Assembly: GCF_006345805.1 (NCBI RefSeq)
Contig: NC_043008.1
Coordinates: 6,634,001 to 6,698,000 of the forward strand
Length of the DNA stretch: 64,000 bases
Source of the DNA: Octopus sinensis
Taxonomy: Eukaryota
Reading direction: 5' to 3'
In this document: positions 1 through 12,121 of the stretch, piece after piece
Layout of the letters: every line of letters starts with the position of its first letter
How positions within the stretch are numbered: the first letter of the stretch is position 1
Translations under genes and position numbers: made by a program
The notes under the pieces: model-generated
Told to the model about the DNA's origin: nothing
Database searches by the model: none
The model's input: the letters and a program-made list of their open reading frames with translations, nothing else

Positions 1-230
1 AATTGTTAGAAAGGATGACAAAAGTACAGCTCCCAAAATTACTGCAGAGCTTAATGAACATCTCGAGAACCCAGTTTCCACAAAAAAATGTTTGCTGGGA
101 GCTGCACAAAGCCATATTTCACAGGTGGGCTGCAATCAGCAAAATACTACTTTCAAGACAAATGTTGCAGAGCATTTAGAGTGGAGTAAAAAGCCTACAG
201 AATTGGTCCCTAGAGCAGTGGAAGAAATAC
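1..230 (+). pseudogene. Tc1-family transposase fragment (frameshifted)
   Basis: Frame 2 reads IVRKDDKSTAPKITAELNEHLENPVSTKK; after shifts ELHK... and NWSLEQWKK. This matches the Tc1 HTH region up to just before the WSDE motif. Truncated by a SINE. Confidence 0.8.
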
Positions 231-378
231 AGGTACTACTCACTTTTGCCAGCTGAGTGGACTGGAGTAATGTGAAATAAAGTGTCTTGCTCAAGGACAC
301 AATGTGTCACTGGGAATTGAACACACGACCTTACAATCATGAGACGACTACCTTATCCCCTACGCCACACACCTTCAC
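231..378 (-). mobile_element. tRNA-derived SINE family E, 5' part
   Basis: Minus strand shows A/B-box-like head then GTGTCCTTGAGCAAGACACTTTATTTCAC...CACTCAGCTG, as in copies at 12485 and 15251. Confidence 0.7.
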
Positions 379-811
379 TATGTATACTTACATATACATA
401 CACACACATATTCTAGTTAGGCATTTCTGCACAACAGTTTGGCTACGAAGTTTGCTTCAAGATCACATGGTTCTTTCTTTAATGCCAAAGTGTGGTGCTG
501 TGGGCAAATATCCTCTGATGTAGTCTTAAATTAAGCAATGAACTTTTGAGTGGAATTTGGAAGAGAAAATTTGTAGAAGTCTGTTGCATGTGTGTGTGTA
601 TCAATGTTTGAATTTATGTTATGTCTCATTAGCAGTTCATCAAACAGAGATCTATGAAATATGTATGAGACTGAAATGAATAATTGAAGTTGGTAAGATC
701 AGTTAAACTCTCTCTCTCTCTTTCTCTTTTGGAAATGGCAAATCTTCATAGCTTCAATGATTGGAAAGAATAAAAGAATTATCAGGGGAAGAATAAAAGA
801 ATTATGGTTCT

Positions 812-1280
812 TTTATTCTTTCATTCTTTTACTTGTTTCAATTACTAGACAGTGACCATGCTGGGGCACCACCTTGAAGTTTTAGTTGAATGAGTTGACC
901 CCAGGACTATCTTTTTCTTTTCTAAGCCAGGTACTTACTCGATCAATCTCTTTTGCCACAGTGCTAGCTTACAGAGATATAAACACACCAAGACCAAAGT
1001 TACAGGGATGCGAACAAACCAATACAGGTTGTCAAGTGGTGGTGGTGGTGGTGGGGTGACAAACAAAGACACAAAGACACATACGCAGATATATATACAT
1101 ATATCTATATCTATCTATCTGGGCTGCTTTCAGTTTCCATTAACCAGATCCACTCACAAGGCTTTGGTTGACCCGGGGCTATAGTGTAGGACACTTGTCC
1201 AAGGTTCCACATAGCGGGACTGAACCCGGAACCAAGTGGTTGGGAAGCAAACTTCTTACCTCACAGCCACACCTGCACCT
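812..1280 (-). mobile_element. tRNA-derived SINE family B (CORE-like, internal microsatellite)
   Basis: Minus-strand head GGTTCCGGGTTCAGTCCC...CCTTGGACAAGTGTC; collinear with copies at 9550, 33435, 44718 and 52455. Confidence 0.8.
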
Positions 1281-1296
1281 ATCATGTCTGCAATTT

Positions 1297-1460
1297 CATC
1301 ATCATCATCATCATCATCATCATTTAACGTCCGTTTTCCATGCTAGCATGTGTTGGACGGTTTGATCAGGGTCTGGGAAGCTAGGAGGCTGCACCAGGCT
1401 CCAATCTGATCTGGCAGTGTTTCTACAGCTGGAATGCCTTCCTAACACCAACCACTCCTC
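1297..1460 (-). mobile_element. Repeat family C 3' end with (GAT)n tail
   Basis: GTTAGGAAGG(G)CATCCAGCTGTAGAAA...CCATGCTAGCATGGAAAACGGACGTTAAA(TGA)n motif shared by many copies in the window. Confidence 0.75.
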
Positions 1461-1762
1461 TATTTCCCCATCGTTCCAGGGATTGGATCAACAACGCGAA
1501 ACAAGACAAGGGTAGACATTTGAATTTAAAATTTTTAGAATGCCCAAATATAGGTTTCAAGTTTTGACACAAGACCTGCAATTTTTGGCGAGGGGCTAAG
1601 TCACCTACATCAACCGCCAATGTTCAGCGACCCTGAAAGAACGCAAGGCAAATTTGAACTCAGAGCATAAAGACAGACTAACTCAGAAATATTAAATGGC
1701 TTTCTCTACTTCTATTATTTGGAATGTTGGTAATTCTTATTAGTCTTCTATAACAGACATTA

Positions 1763-1870
1763 CAATACATGTTAGTCTTCTCTTTTTCTTATAATACATG
1801 TTAGTCTTCTCTTTTTCTTATAATACATGTTAGTCTTCTCTTTTTCTTATAATACATGTTAGTCTTATTA
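1763..1870. repeat. 29-bp tandem repeat, about 3.5 copies
   Basis: Unit AATACATGTTAGTCTTCTCTTTTTCTTAT read directly. Confidence 0.9.
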
Positions 1871-2006
1871 TAATGCACATTATCACACATGTTAATCCTC
1901 GAAATAAATATTATTACATTAAGTGTTAAAAACCGAAAGACGCATACTGCTTGCAAGCTGAGGATTGGCTTATCTTTAATATTTAATTTGGAGAATAAGG
2001 CAATTA

Positions 2007-2650
2007 GCTGCCAGAGACATTAGTATGCCGGGCAAAATGCTTAGTGGTATTTCGTCTGTCTTTATGTTCTGAGTTCAAATTCTGCTGAGGTCGACTTTAC
2101 CTTTCATTCTTTTGGGGGGTATAAATAAATTAAGTACCAGTTGTGTATTGGGGCCGATCTAATTGACTGGCCCCTTTCTCCCAAAATTTCGGGCATTGTG
2201 CCTAGAGTAGAAAAGATCAATTTAGGGCAGCAAGCTGGCAGAATCGTCAGCACACTGGGCAAAATGATTAGCAGTATTTCGTCTTTCTTTACATTCTGAG
2301 TTCAAATTCCACCAAGGTCGACTTTGCTTTTCATCCTTTTGGGGTCGATAAAATAAGTACCAGTTATGCGCTGGGGTTGATGTGACATGTTCTGAGTTTA
2401 AATTTCACCAAGGTCAACTTTGCCTTTCATCCTTTTGGGGGTCGATAAAATAAGTACCAGTTATGCACTGGGGTCGAAGTGATATGTTCTGAGTTCAAAA
2501 TCCCACCAAGGTCGACTTTGCCTTTCATCCTTTTGCCGTCGATAAAATAAGTACCAGTTACACACTGGGGTCGATGTGATCAACTTAATACTTTTGTCTG
2601 TCTTTGTTTGTCCCCTCTATGTTTAGCCCCCTGTGGGCAATAAAGAAATA
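2007..2650 (+). mobile_element. SINE family A cluster (two copies, second with triplicated central domain)
   Basis: GAGCTGGCAGAA head, GAGTTCAAATTCC B box, central GGTCGACTTTGCCTTTCATCCTTT(C/T)GGGGTCGATAAA...AAGTACCAG repeated. Confidence 0.85.
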
Positions 2651-4094
2651 AATATTTTATTTGGAGATTCATAATAAGCAAGAAGAGAAAATGGTAAATT
2701 GTCTGGAAGATTTTCAATTAACAATAAACACAGAAACTAGAGTGTGACATGAACGCTACATGGTAATGTTAGACTGGATCCATTACATTGTATTTTCATT
2801 GAATACAGTTTTACTTTGAACTTGGCTTTTATTATTATGGCAGTTAATTTGTTTTTCTAAGAAATTGTTATTTTCTCCAAGTTGTTCTTTGAAAATATTG
2901 CAGAGAGCCTCTAGAAATTAACCAAATATTAATACGATCTTCCAGATAAATATGCATTTCAATTGTATTTAAAAGGTAGTCTAAAAGTTCTAGTAGAGCA
3001 GAATATGCATTTATAACCAGCTTGAGGGCATTCTATACAATTTTGTTATCAAGGAATATGGTTAGGAATAATAAGTTGAATCAATTCTAAGACAGATGAA
3101 AGCTGGATTCAGCTAGTCAGAGTCACATGATTTGAATTATCTTGAAGCAAATACCACTCTCTCAGAAGTTAATCAATAACTAATAGTGGTAATAGTGATT
3201 GGTCGGTATTATTGTGTAATGTGGGAAGTAATTTCACTGGCAGTTTGCATATCAATGCTAAGAAATGCATTGGTTGTAAAGGATAATAATTAAACTGTAA
3301 GGATGGTAGTCAGTTGTGTAGTAGTAGTATCGCTGAGAGAAGACGAGCTTGGGTTTCATAGCTTCACATGAGGAAAGAAGAGATAGCATGTGCTATTAGG
3401 AATTTATGGTTTAATGGTCATATATAAGGAACGATTTCTTCTCTTTGTCTCACAGACGTAGAATGTGTTTAAAACTGGATTCAAACAAACTGGATTTTAA
3501 TGGAAGCTAAACTAATAAGGAAGTGTAGAGTGAGGAGGAGATCTGGAAAGTTAAGGAAAATGAAATTATTTGAACGTGTATAAGACAAGATAAGTTGCTA
3601 GTTTAGGAAAATATCATTGAATTTATCATGGCCAACATGTATATAATTATATAAGTGTGTGTGTGTGTATGGATGAAATATTAATATCTGAAGAACATAG
3701 TAATCAAAGGCATACAAATTGTATTAAAATCTTAGAGTATCAACAAATGCCATGTACAGTAGTAGAACTAAGAATATAATGGAGCGAAGATCAAAAACTA
3801 TCTGAATAGTTTGGTAAAAGTTCCCTTCAAACAGTTATTTAATTATGGTTTGAAAGTTATTTCAAATTCAGATTAATAATTTCAGTGTTCTGTCAAAATC
3901 GAGGGTTTTGGTAGTTCTTTTAGAACAGAAAACATACATAGTTAGATATAAAATGGTTAAGTTAAAGTTTTATCTGGTTGTCATGGTAATAAAAAGTATA
4001 CATTAACTAAACACAGCATAAAATACTTTGTAATTCTTGGACTCATGTGTGAAGGCAGCCAACCATTTACTACCGTTCTTATTTGTATTAAGTA

Positions 4095-4250
4095 CTCTTG
4101 GAGTGGTTGGCATTAGGAATAGCATCCAGCTGTAAAAACCAAGCCAAATCAAATTGGAATCTGCTACAATTCTCCAGCTTGGCAATTCCAGTCAAACTGT
4201 CTAACCCATACCAACATGGAAAATGGATAATGATGATGATGAGGATGATG
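4095..4250 (+). mobile_element. Repeat family C 3' end
   Basis: GGAGTGGTTGGCATTAGGAA...CATCCAGCTGTA followed by a (GAT)n tail. Confidence 0.7.
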
Positions 4251-5111
4251 TCTCTCTGTCTCTCTCCCCCTCTCTCTCTCTCCAGTTCCAGATGAAAGGA
4301 CGATGGGTGAGCAGGCAGAAATGACAGAATGCTGGATGAGGTACTTTAACTTATTAATTTAAACTTTAACTTCTGAGTTCAAATCTCAACCAATTAAAAA
4401 AATTTTTTTTTTCCATCTGATAAACTAAGAACCACGATTCTGTTAAGGTTGACCCAAACGAGTGCCACCATTCCATTAAGGCTGAACCAAATGATTGCAC
4501 TTTGCTATTAAAAACGATGATCAAGTGTAAAAGTAATCAATGTTCGCAACTAAAAGAGTTTCATTCAAATAATGAAAATAGTTATTAAAACAATCTCTGA
4601 AACTATATAAACTGCTTAATTACAAAATATCTGCCAATTATCGTTAGAAAACTAAATCTTTTTCATAAATTGCTTTGAAAATTTAACAACAACAAAAATA
4701 CACTGTCGTCATTAATTTATAATAAGAGAACATGCAAAATAGTATTCTGTCACACTATAGATATAGATAACGACTAGTTAATGGATAAATTAACTGATTT
4801 AAATTGAAATATAAAGCTCATGTTTTTATAGTCGGATACATTAGATAATGCAGAAAGACAAAATAGAAGTGAACCAGGTAATGTATGGTTAGAATAAACC
4901 ATTAATTGATTGTATATAACTATGCAGTAATAATGGATAATGTTATTAATATAATGGTATGAGAATGAGTAGAGAAATGTGTTATGTAAAGCTCGTACAA
5001 GTCCACCTTCCTTCCTATCAGTTTTGTGTTCAATGTTCAATGTTCAGATGAGTAGGGGTTCAAGAGAGCTATGATACAAAACCTTTGAAGGGCATCTTGA
5101 TACTGCACATG

Positions 5112-5268
5112 CATTAGCATAGCTGGGTAGGGTCAGTCGGCTCCAGGCAGCACTTTTAAAGGGGTGGCACTTTTGGGTCTGTTCTAGGCATTATGCGTTT
5201 TTTGTGGGGCCTAGGGGTGGCAAATGGAAGGGCCACCCTGGGGTAAACACACTCTAGCTTTGCTAGTG
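5112..5268. mobile_element. hAT-type MITE
   Basis: Imperfect TIRs CATTAGCATAGCTGG / CTAGCTTTGCTAGTG; perfect 8-bp TSD TGCACATG at 5104-5111 and 5269-5276. Confidence 0.8.
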
Positions 5269-5536
5269 TGCACATGTAGTTTTGGCTTGAAGTTTTAGAA
5301 ATAATTCTATCAGGAACATCATTATTTCATTCCACCCATGCCAGCATGGAAGACAGGCGTTAAATGACGACAATGATGATGTTTAAAGCTGTCAGTTGCA
5401 TACTGGCTTGATCCAGTAAGCAACTGGTTTGATCCAAGAAGATAATGACATCTTAAGTGGATGTAAAAGTAAATTTTTTAATTCATATACTTGAAATAGA
5501 GTTTTGTTGTTTATACACAAATACATATGTATATAT

Positions 5537-5581
<45 letters not shown>

Positions 5582-5611
5582 TATTTATGAGTGAGGTGTG
5601 TTTTGTAAATA

Positions 5612-5762
5612 TTCTTTGCTTTCATTCTTTTATTTGTTTCAGTCATTTGACTGTGGCCATGCTGGAGCACCAACTTTGGTCAAACAAATCAACCCCAGGA
5701 ATTATTCTTTGTAAGCCTAGGACTTACTCTTTTGCCAAACTGCTAAGCGATGGTGGGGGAAC
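5612..5762 (-). mobile_element. SINE family B, 3' fragment
   Basis: TTGTTTCAGTCATTTGACTGTGGCCATGCTGGAGCACC motif. Confidence 0.7.
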
Positions 5763-6379
5763 AAGTATCTCAGCAGTACAATATTATAAAAACTAAAGCT
5801 AAATATTGTCTTCAATGAATATCTAAGCTTTGTGAAAATATTATTTTAAAACTTGTTTACCTAATATTGCTTGTCAATGATATTTATAGAATCAATTTTC
5901 CGCAACTAAGTTTGTCTTTTTAACTGAATGTTCATCTGACAAAAGCATCAACGAACCTCTGCCTCTGATTAGACACGGAATGAAGTGAACGTTGTTATTA
6001 ATATTGAAACAACTACGAAACAAATAAATAAATATTGGTGCTTGAAAAGAAATATCAATGTTTAGTAATTAATAATTGTCAAAAAAAAGGTGAAACAAAT
6101 TCATGTTGACTGTCATTGGAATTAGAGTCAGTTTATAGCTGAGACAAGACTGAGTAAAATCGAATAATCTTTCCCTCACTCACAACACAATACAGAATTT
6201 ATATCGTTTGGTTGTATTTAGTCTTACTTTCAGCTGTAAAGCCAGAACATTCACTAATTTTACGGTAACATGTGTATATATATATATGGGGAGAATTCAC
6301 AAAAAAAGAAAAAAGACGAAGACAGGTAGTGTAGACAACAAACAGATGTATTAGTTTAATGCTCTGGAAGTGAAAAAGT

Positions 6380-6415
6380 CTTTTATGTTTCGAGCTTATG
6401 CTCTTCAACAGAAAG
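6380..6415 (-). ncRNA. Variant minimal hammerhead-like motif (CUGUUGA core) in a repeat at ~6288-6470
   Basis: Minus strand: CTTT-CTGTTGA-A-GAGC ATAA GCTC-GAAA-C-ATA-AAAG. Stems I and II pair, but the core has A6->U. Confidence 0.45.
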
Positions 6416-6755
6416 GAACACAGAAAGAAACAAGGAGAGAAAATAAAGAATGTATAGTGACTAGCAGTGTGTATGTATGTATATATATGCATGTATATAT
6501 ATATATATAAAATTAATTAAGGGTAGAAATTGATATTTATCAATTAAGACCAGTGGTCTAGCATATTAAAAAAGAATCCGAAGATTAAAATGTTTATATA
6601 TACCAATTAAGGACTGAACACGAAAAGTGGACAGTCAACATGCTAGATATAGACGTCAAATCGCCATTCACCACAAAAGATTATGTTCTCAGATCAAACT
6701 CAACACAAAACCATAACAATAAACAAGTGAAAAATATACGAAATAAAATAATTAC

Positions 6756-6820
6756 CCATGTACTAAATTAGTTTCAGCTGTTATTTTCCGCAAGGAAAAC
6801 TGCAGCCATCATCAGCATGG
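6756..6820 (-). ncRNA. Type I hammerhead ribozyme (left arm)
   Basis: Exact reverse complement of 6989-7053. Confidence 0.75.
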
Positions 6821-6988
6821 TCCGTTAACTGCTGCTAATTATTAGCTGCAGTCTAGTATTCTCGGGTTCCAACGCGCCAAAGTAAAGGCATTTGAAAGAT
6901 ATATTCAAATGTAATAGGCTGAACTCCATGCACGCGATATTTCGGTATCGTGTTTGCATCTAGTCCAGCAAATTACATTTATAACGGA

Positions 6989-7053
6989 CCATGCTGATGA
7001 TGGCTGCAGTTTTCCTTGCGGAAAATAACAGCTGAAACTAATTTAGTACATGG
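6989..7053 (+). ncRNA. Type I hammerhead ribozyme (right arm)
   Basis: Stem I CCATG/CATGG; core CTGATGA (6994-7000); stem II GGCTG..TTTTCC-TTGC-GGAAAA..CAGCT; GAAA (7034-7037); stem III ACTA-ATT-TAGT; GUA cleavage triplet ending at 7048. Confidence 0.8.
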
Positions 7054-7204
7054 GTAATTATTTTATTTCGTATATTTTTCACTTGTTTATTGCTATGGTT
7101 TTGTGTTGAGTTTGATCTGAGAACATAATCTTTTGTGGTGAATGGCGATTTGACGTCTATATCTAGCATGTTGACTGTCCACTTTTCGTGTTCAGTCCTT
7201 AATT

Positions 7205-7249
<45 letters not shown>

Positions 7250-7262
7250 GTGCATATATACA

Positions 7263-7496
7263 TAGGGTCATCCCATAAATAATGTAGTTTATTTTTATTT
7301 TTCAAAATTAAGATAAACAAATTCTTTTTTAATCTAAAATATACTCTACTTTTAATGCTCCTTAATCTATCTGGTAGACTTGCAAATCCCCTCTTCCAAA
7401 ATCCACTTGCCCATGTCGAGGAATACTCCTCTAGTACTGTTCTGCCTTTGTCTAGAGAATTCATATTTTTTTCTTTCCAAATGATTTGGAAGACTT
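7263..7496 (-). pseudogene. mariner transposase C-terminus and right end
   Basis: Minus strand ...KNMNSLDKGRTVLEEYSSTWASGFWKRGFASLPDR resembles the mariner C-terminal F..RGI..LP.RW motif; TIR-like end at 7263. Confidence 0.65.
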
Positions 7497-8119
7497 CAGA
7501 ATACCCTCCAGCCTTCATCAGGAGTCTTGGGGAAATTTCAAACCTGGGTTCTCATTCTTAAGGCATTTTTCGATGTTATTATTATTATTATTGAGTGAGA
7601 GAGCAGTTCATGCCATCAAAGTGACACTGGGGTAAAATATACGAAGCCCAATATACCCATCATGACTACCCGTCTGATAAAGGTACACCAGGCACATGCA
7701 TCACAACCATATGTGCGCGACATGGTGATCTCATATCAAGATAAACAGCACATGACCTTGCAGGTGGGGCCCAGTTACAATTTTCTTCAGGTCGAGTAGC
7801 CCATCCCGCTCAAACGGTCCCTGAATAAGGGTTGTTTAAGGATGTTGAAAGAACCACCCATGTTTCCAGAGGTGAACTATTCAAACCCCAAAGAATCCCT
7901 CTCAACACATGGCTATGATGCTCCCCCACTACTTCTGCTTGTGATCAGAGATGCACATATCGTCAGCCACTAAGGGACATGCTCAACTGGTTAAGGTCAA
8001 ACAACTGACAAGCAAATCTGTGGTATTGAGCAGAATATTTGCTGTAGCCCATCTTTTATACCAAGACAAAACAATGTACATGATAACACTTCCAATCAGT
8101 TAAGATCAGAAGCCATGAG

Positions 8120-8177
<58 letters not shown>

Positions 8178-8435
8178 TCAATGCCTAGAATCAAACTTGG
8201 AATCTTGGGGTTAGTAGCCCATGCTCTTAACCACTACACCATATGCCCGCAGGCATATGAATAATAATAATCATAATAATAATAATAATAATAATATCAA
8301 AAAATAGCTTTCGAATGAGAACCCAGGTTCGAAACTTCACCAAGACACCTGATGAAGGCTGGAGGATATATAAGCCAAAATGTCTTAACAATAAACAAGA
8401 TGAGAACAAATATCCGTCAAATGTAAATAAATAAT
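7497..8435. mobile_element. Family G fold-back element (tRNA head + hammerhead), both arms, left arm interrupted by family F
   Basis: Left arm on minus strand, centre CATATGCCCGCAGGCATATG (8240-8259), right arm on plus with GACAC-CTGATGA-AGGCTG (8344-8361). HHRs here are truncated or decayed. Confidence 0.75.
7593..8120 (-). mobile_element. Family F non-coding element inserted in (TTA)n
   Basis: Reverse complement of 38704-39257 and 48552-49101; TTA repeats on both sides. Confidence 0.85.
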
Positions 8436-9266
8436 ATCTAAAAAACTGTGTTGGGCAGCTTTAAATCGGTGGCTTTCATTTCGTTTGGTTGATGGAATCT
8501 TGATATTGTTAAAGATGTTGTCAAAAAGACAAAATAAAATCCATGATAAGAAAATTCCCCATGAATAGTAAGAGGATATGTTGGGAAGATACCAAAATAA
8601 AGAAATATCAAAAAAGAAGTTGATGTAAAAATTTAAAGAAATATAAATTGTGGAAGACAGGAATTCTATTGTTTTATAAGAACTTCTACTTGAAGACCTC
8701 ATTATAAAAACATTAAACATTATATAAAGGGTAAGAAAAATAAAGATATAAATACGAACATATTTTGAGAGGTGAAATAAAATGGAGATGAAATTTGTAA
8801 AATATTTTATAGAAATTGAGAAATCTAGACAGAAGTGCATTTAACCTTTGCAAAATAGAATTAATTCTTTATATTCCAACATGTCTAAATACACACTTAG
8901 TCATGTTCTTGGGTAGCATGAGAATTTTTCTTGGCTCTATTACCAAAATGTCTAAACTGCCTGTCTATGAAATGTGTTCAACCTGTTCAAGATTATTCTT
9001 CATTCAATGTTACCAACATGTTCAACATAGAATGATAATGGTAATGGCATAAATTATTTGGTTAGCGTCATGATCCTTATTTTTATTTCCACTGAGCAAC
9101 TTAAACAAACATCTGGAAAAGCAATGATTGATTTAATGTTAACAGGAATTCTCATTTAATGTATTAAATATATTGTTTTAGTTCACATATATTTAAAGCT
9201 TCACTATTTTTGTTGATTGTTCTGGAAAATTCTGGCAAAGTAGTCAATTTGTAGTTTCCATGTTAA

Positions 9267-9488
9267 CCCTTTTGATACCAACCTGACTGAAATCGGCTCT
9301 GGCTCTGTATTACAAATGTCTTGCTTTCACAAGTTTTGAATTAAAATATTCCACCAAACCTTAGTCACAATTTATGTTCCTAACACTAGCTGAATGATAA
9401 CTAAGTTATTTTACTAAATTCTTTGTTATATTTAAAATTAATTGAAAGAAACACAGAGCATCTCAACAGAAATTCAGTAACAAAAGGG
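9267..9488 (+). mobile_element. piggyBac-type MITE
   Basis: TTAA|CCCTTTTG ... CAAAAGGG|TTAA; other copies at 26014 and 47107. Confidence 0.85.
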
Positions 9489-9549
9489 TTAAGAGAATAC
9501 ATTGTTTGTTACATACAATTAAGGTATTGATTTGTGATATCATATTATA

Positions 9550-9930
9550 TTCTTTTGTTCTTTTACTTGTTTCAGTCATTTGACTGTGGCTATGCTGGAG
9601 CACTGCCTTTAAGTGAACAAATCGATCCCTGGGCTTATTCTTTGTAAGCTTAGTACTTATTCTATCTGTCTCTTTTGCTGATCTGCTAAGTTACAGGGAC
9701 GTAAACACACCAACATCGGTTGTCACGCAATGATGGGGGAACAAACACATGCACAAATACACACACACACACACTCATAGGTTTCTTTCAATTTCCATCT
9801 ACCAAATCTACTCACATGGCTTTGGTTGGCCTGAGGCTATAGTAAAAGGCACTTGCCCAAGGTGCCATACAATGGGACTGAACCTGGAACCATGTGGTTG
9901 GTAAGCAAGCTTCTTACCACACAGCCACCT
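9550..9930 (-). mobile_element. SINE family B, full length
   Basis: Collinear with 52455-52871. Confidence 0.8.
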
Positions 9931-10164
9931 CTGTTGTTGGTGATGTCATTGAAAATGACAATTGTGATAACTGACAATAATAATAATGATGAAGTTAATA
10001 TATAAAAAAATCAATGTTAAAAGTTAGAGGGACAAAAATCACAATAAATATCAACTTTTATATAATATTGTTTTGTAATTGGAGTTGTTAAAAGAAAATA
10101 TTCATTATCAAAAGAACTTTGGTAAATTACAAAGCTAGAAGCCTAGCAGTATTCTTTCTTCTAA

Positions 10165-10695
10165 AGGCGGTGAGCTGACAGAAATGTTAGCATGCCAGGC
10201 AAAATGTTTAGTGGTATTTCATCTGTCTTTACATTCTGAGTTCAAATTCCACTGATGTCGACTTTGCCTTACGTCCTTTTGGGGGTCAATAAATTAAGTA
10301 CCAGTTGTGTACTGGAGGTCGATCTAATCAACTGGCCCCCTCCCCCAAAATTTCAGGCTTTGTGCCTAGAGTAGGAAAGAATATTTGAAAAACCAAAAAA
10401 GGGAGTGAGCTGGCAGAAACACTAGCATGTTGGGCAAAATGATTAGTGGTATTTTATCTGTCTACCAGCGAGCTGGTAGAAACGTTAGCACGCCGGGCGA
10501 GATTCGTAGCCGTATTTCGTCTGTCGTTACGTTCCGAGTTCTAATTCCGCCGAGGTCGACTTTGCCTTTCATCCTTTCGGGGTCGATAAATTAAGTACCA
10601 GTTACGCACTGGGGTCGATGTAGTCGACTTAATTAATCCCTTTGTCTGTCCTTGTTTGTCCCCTCTGTGTTTAGCCCCTTGTGGGTAGTAAAGAA

Positions 10696-10726
<31 letters not shown>

Positions 10727-11115
10727 AAAGGCGGCGAGCTGGCAGAAACGTTAGCACGCCGGGCGAAATGCTTAGCGGTATTTCGTCTGCGTTACGTTGT
10801 GAGTTCAAAATCCGCCGAGGTCGACTTTGCCTTTCATCCTTTCGGGGTCGATAAATTAAGTACCAGTTACGCACTGGGGTCGATGTAATCGACTTAATAC
10901 CTATGTCTGTCCTTGTTTGTCCCCTCTGTGTTTAGCCCCTTGTGGGTAATAAAGAAATAGGTATTTTATCTGTCTTTACATTCTGAGTTCAAATTTCACC
11001 AAGGTCGACTTTGCCTTTAATCGATAAATTAAGTACCAGTTGTGTACTGGAGTCGATCTAATCGACTGACCCCGCTCCCCCAAAATTTCAGGCCTTGTGG
11101 TTAGAGTAGAAAAGA
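10165..11115 (+). mobile_element. SINE family A cluster with nested self-insertion
   Basis: Copies at ~10165-10382, 10402-10463 plus 10960-11115 (interrupted), 10468-10697 and 10729-10959; duplicated GGTATTTTATCTGTCT at 10448-10463 and 10960-10975. Confidence 0.85.
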
Positions 11116-12121
11116 AAAGAATATTCACTCTGCTAACCCCTGGATGTTACATTATGAAAACAATAAGTAAATAAAGGTAAATAACAAGAATATTGCGCTT
11201 CAAAACAAAAAAAAAAGAAAGTCTTTAGCATTTCAAAACAACATTTAGAATGGAAGAAAGTGCTTGGAACCTAAACAATAATAATTTCTCTCTTAAATAA
11301 TAGCCACACTAATCAGCACCAACACACACGAACATTGCCACGTCACATCCATAATTTAATCAAAAAAGTATTTAATTTCAAGTAGGTTGTATGATACATA
11401 GTGCTAAATAATTGCAGGCCTAATGAAATTTACCAGTCAAACGAGGAATCCAATTTGCTGTGTCATACTGCAGCAAGATTACAGAGATGTTGTTATTTAA
11501 CTGAGTTTGGTGATGTGGAAGCTGTTTGAGACTGACACCGCTAAAGTAGGGGAAACTAATGGAGTGAATTATAAGGTGGTTATATTCAAGAATTTCAAGC
11601 ACACAAACGTCATACTCTTACAAATTAAGACAGTTTCAAAGACATGAAGATAAAAACTAAATATACTGAAGCAAACATCTCATATTTTGGAGTATCTCCT
11701 ATATTTTTACATGAAAAAAAAAAGTAACTGAGATGAGCAACTGGGCCATTTCCACAAAGAAATATAATATAAACAGTTATTTGTATTGCGGAATGGTACA
11801 AATTTTATACAATTTAAATATCAATCAGAACTGGCTGCTAATAAAATGCAAATAATAGAAATCTGATATTATAAATATATATATTGATTTAGCATTGTCA
11901 AAATATATCAAACTGAGGTCCCTCTAAGCTATGAGAAACAAACATTTATTTGAATATCTTAATTCTACTTTTCTGCCTGTCTTCTCTCCCACCCTACTCT
12001 CTCTCTCTCTCGCTCTCTTCCCTATGAGTGTATGTGCGTGTGATATATATATATATATATGTATAAACACACACACACATACACACACACACACACACAG
12101 ATATATATATAAGCATATGGA

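Larger units (their letters stand above)
6595..7214. mobile_element. Near-perfect inverted repeat (233-bp arms, 154-bp spacer); putative inverted Penelope-type pLTR pair
   Basis: 6595-6827 is the reverse complement of 6982-7214 with one mismatch seen; each arm carries a hammerhead motif with the 3' end pointing outward. Confidence 0.8.
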
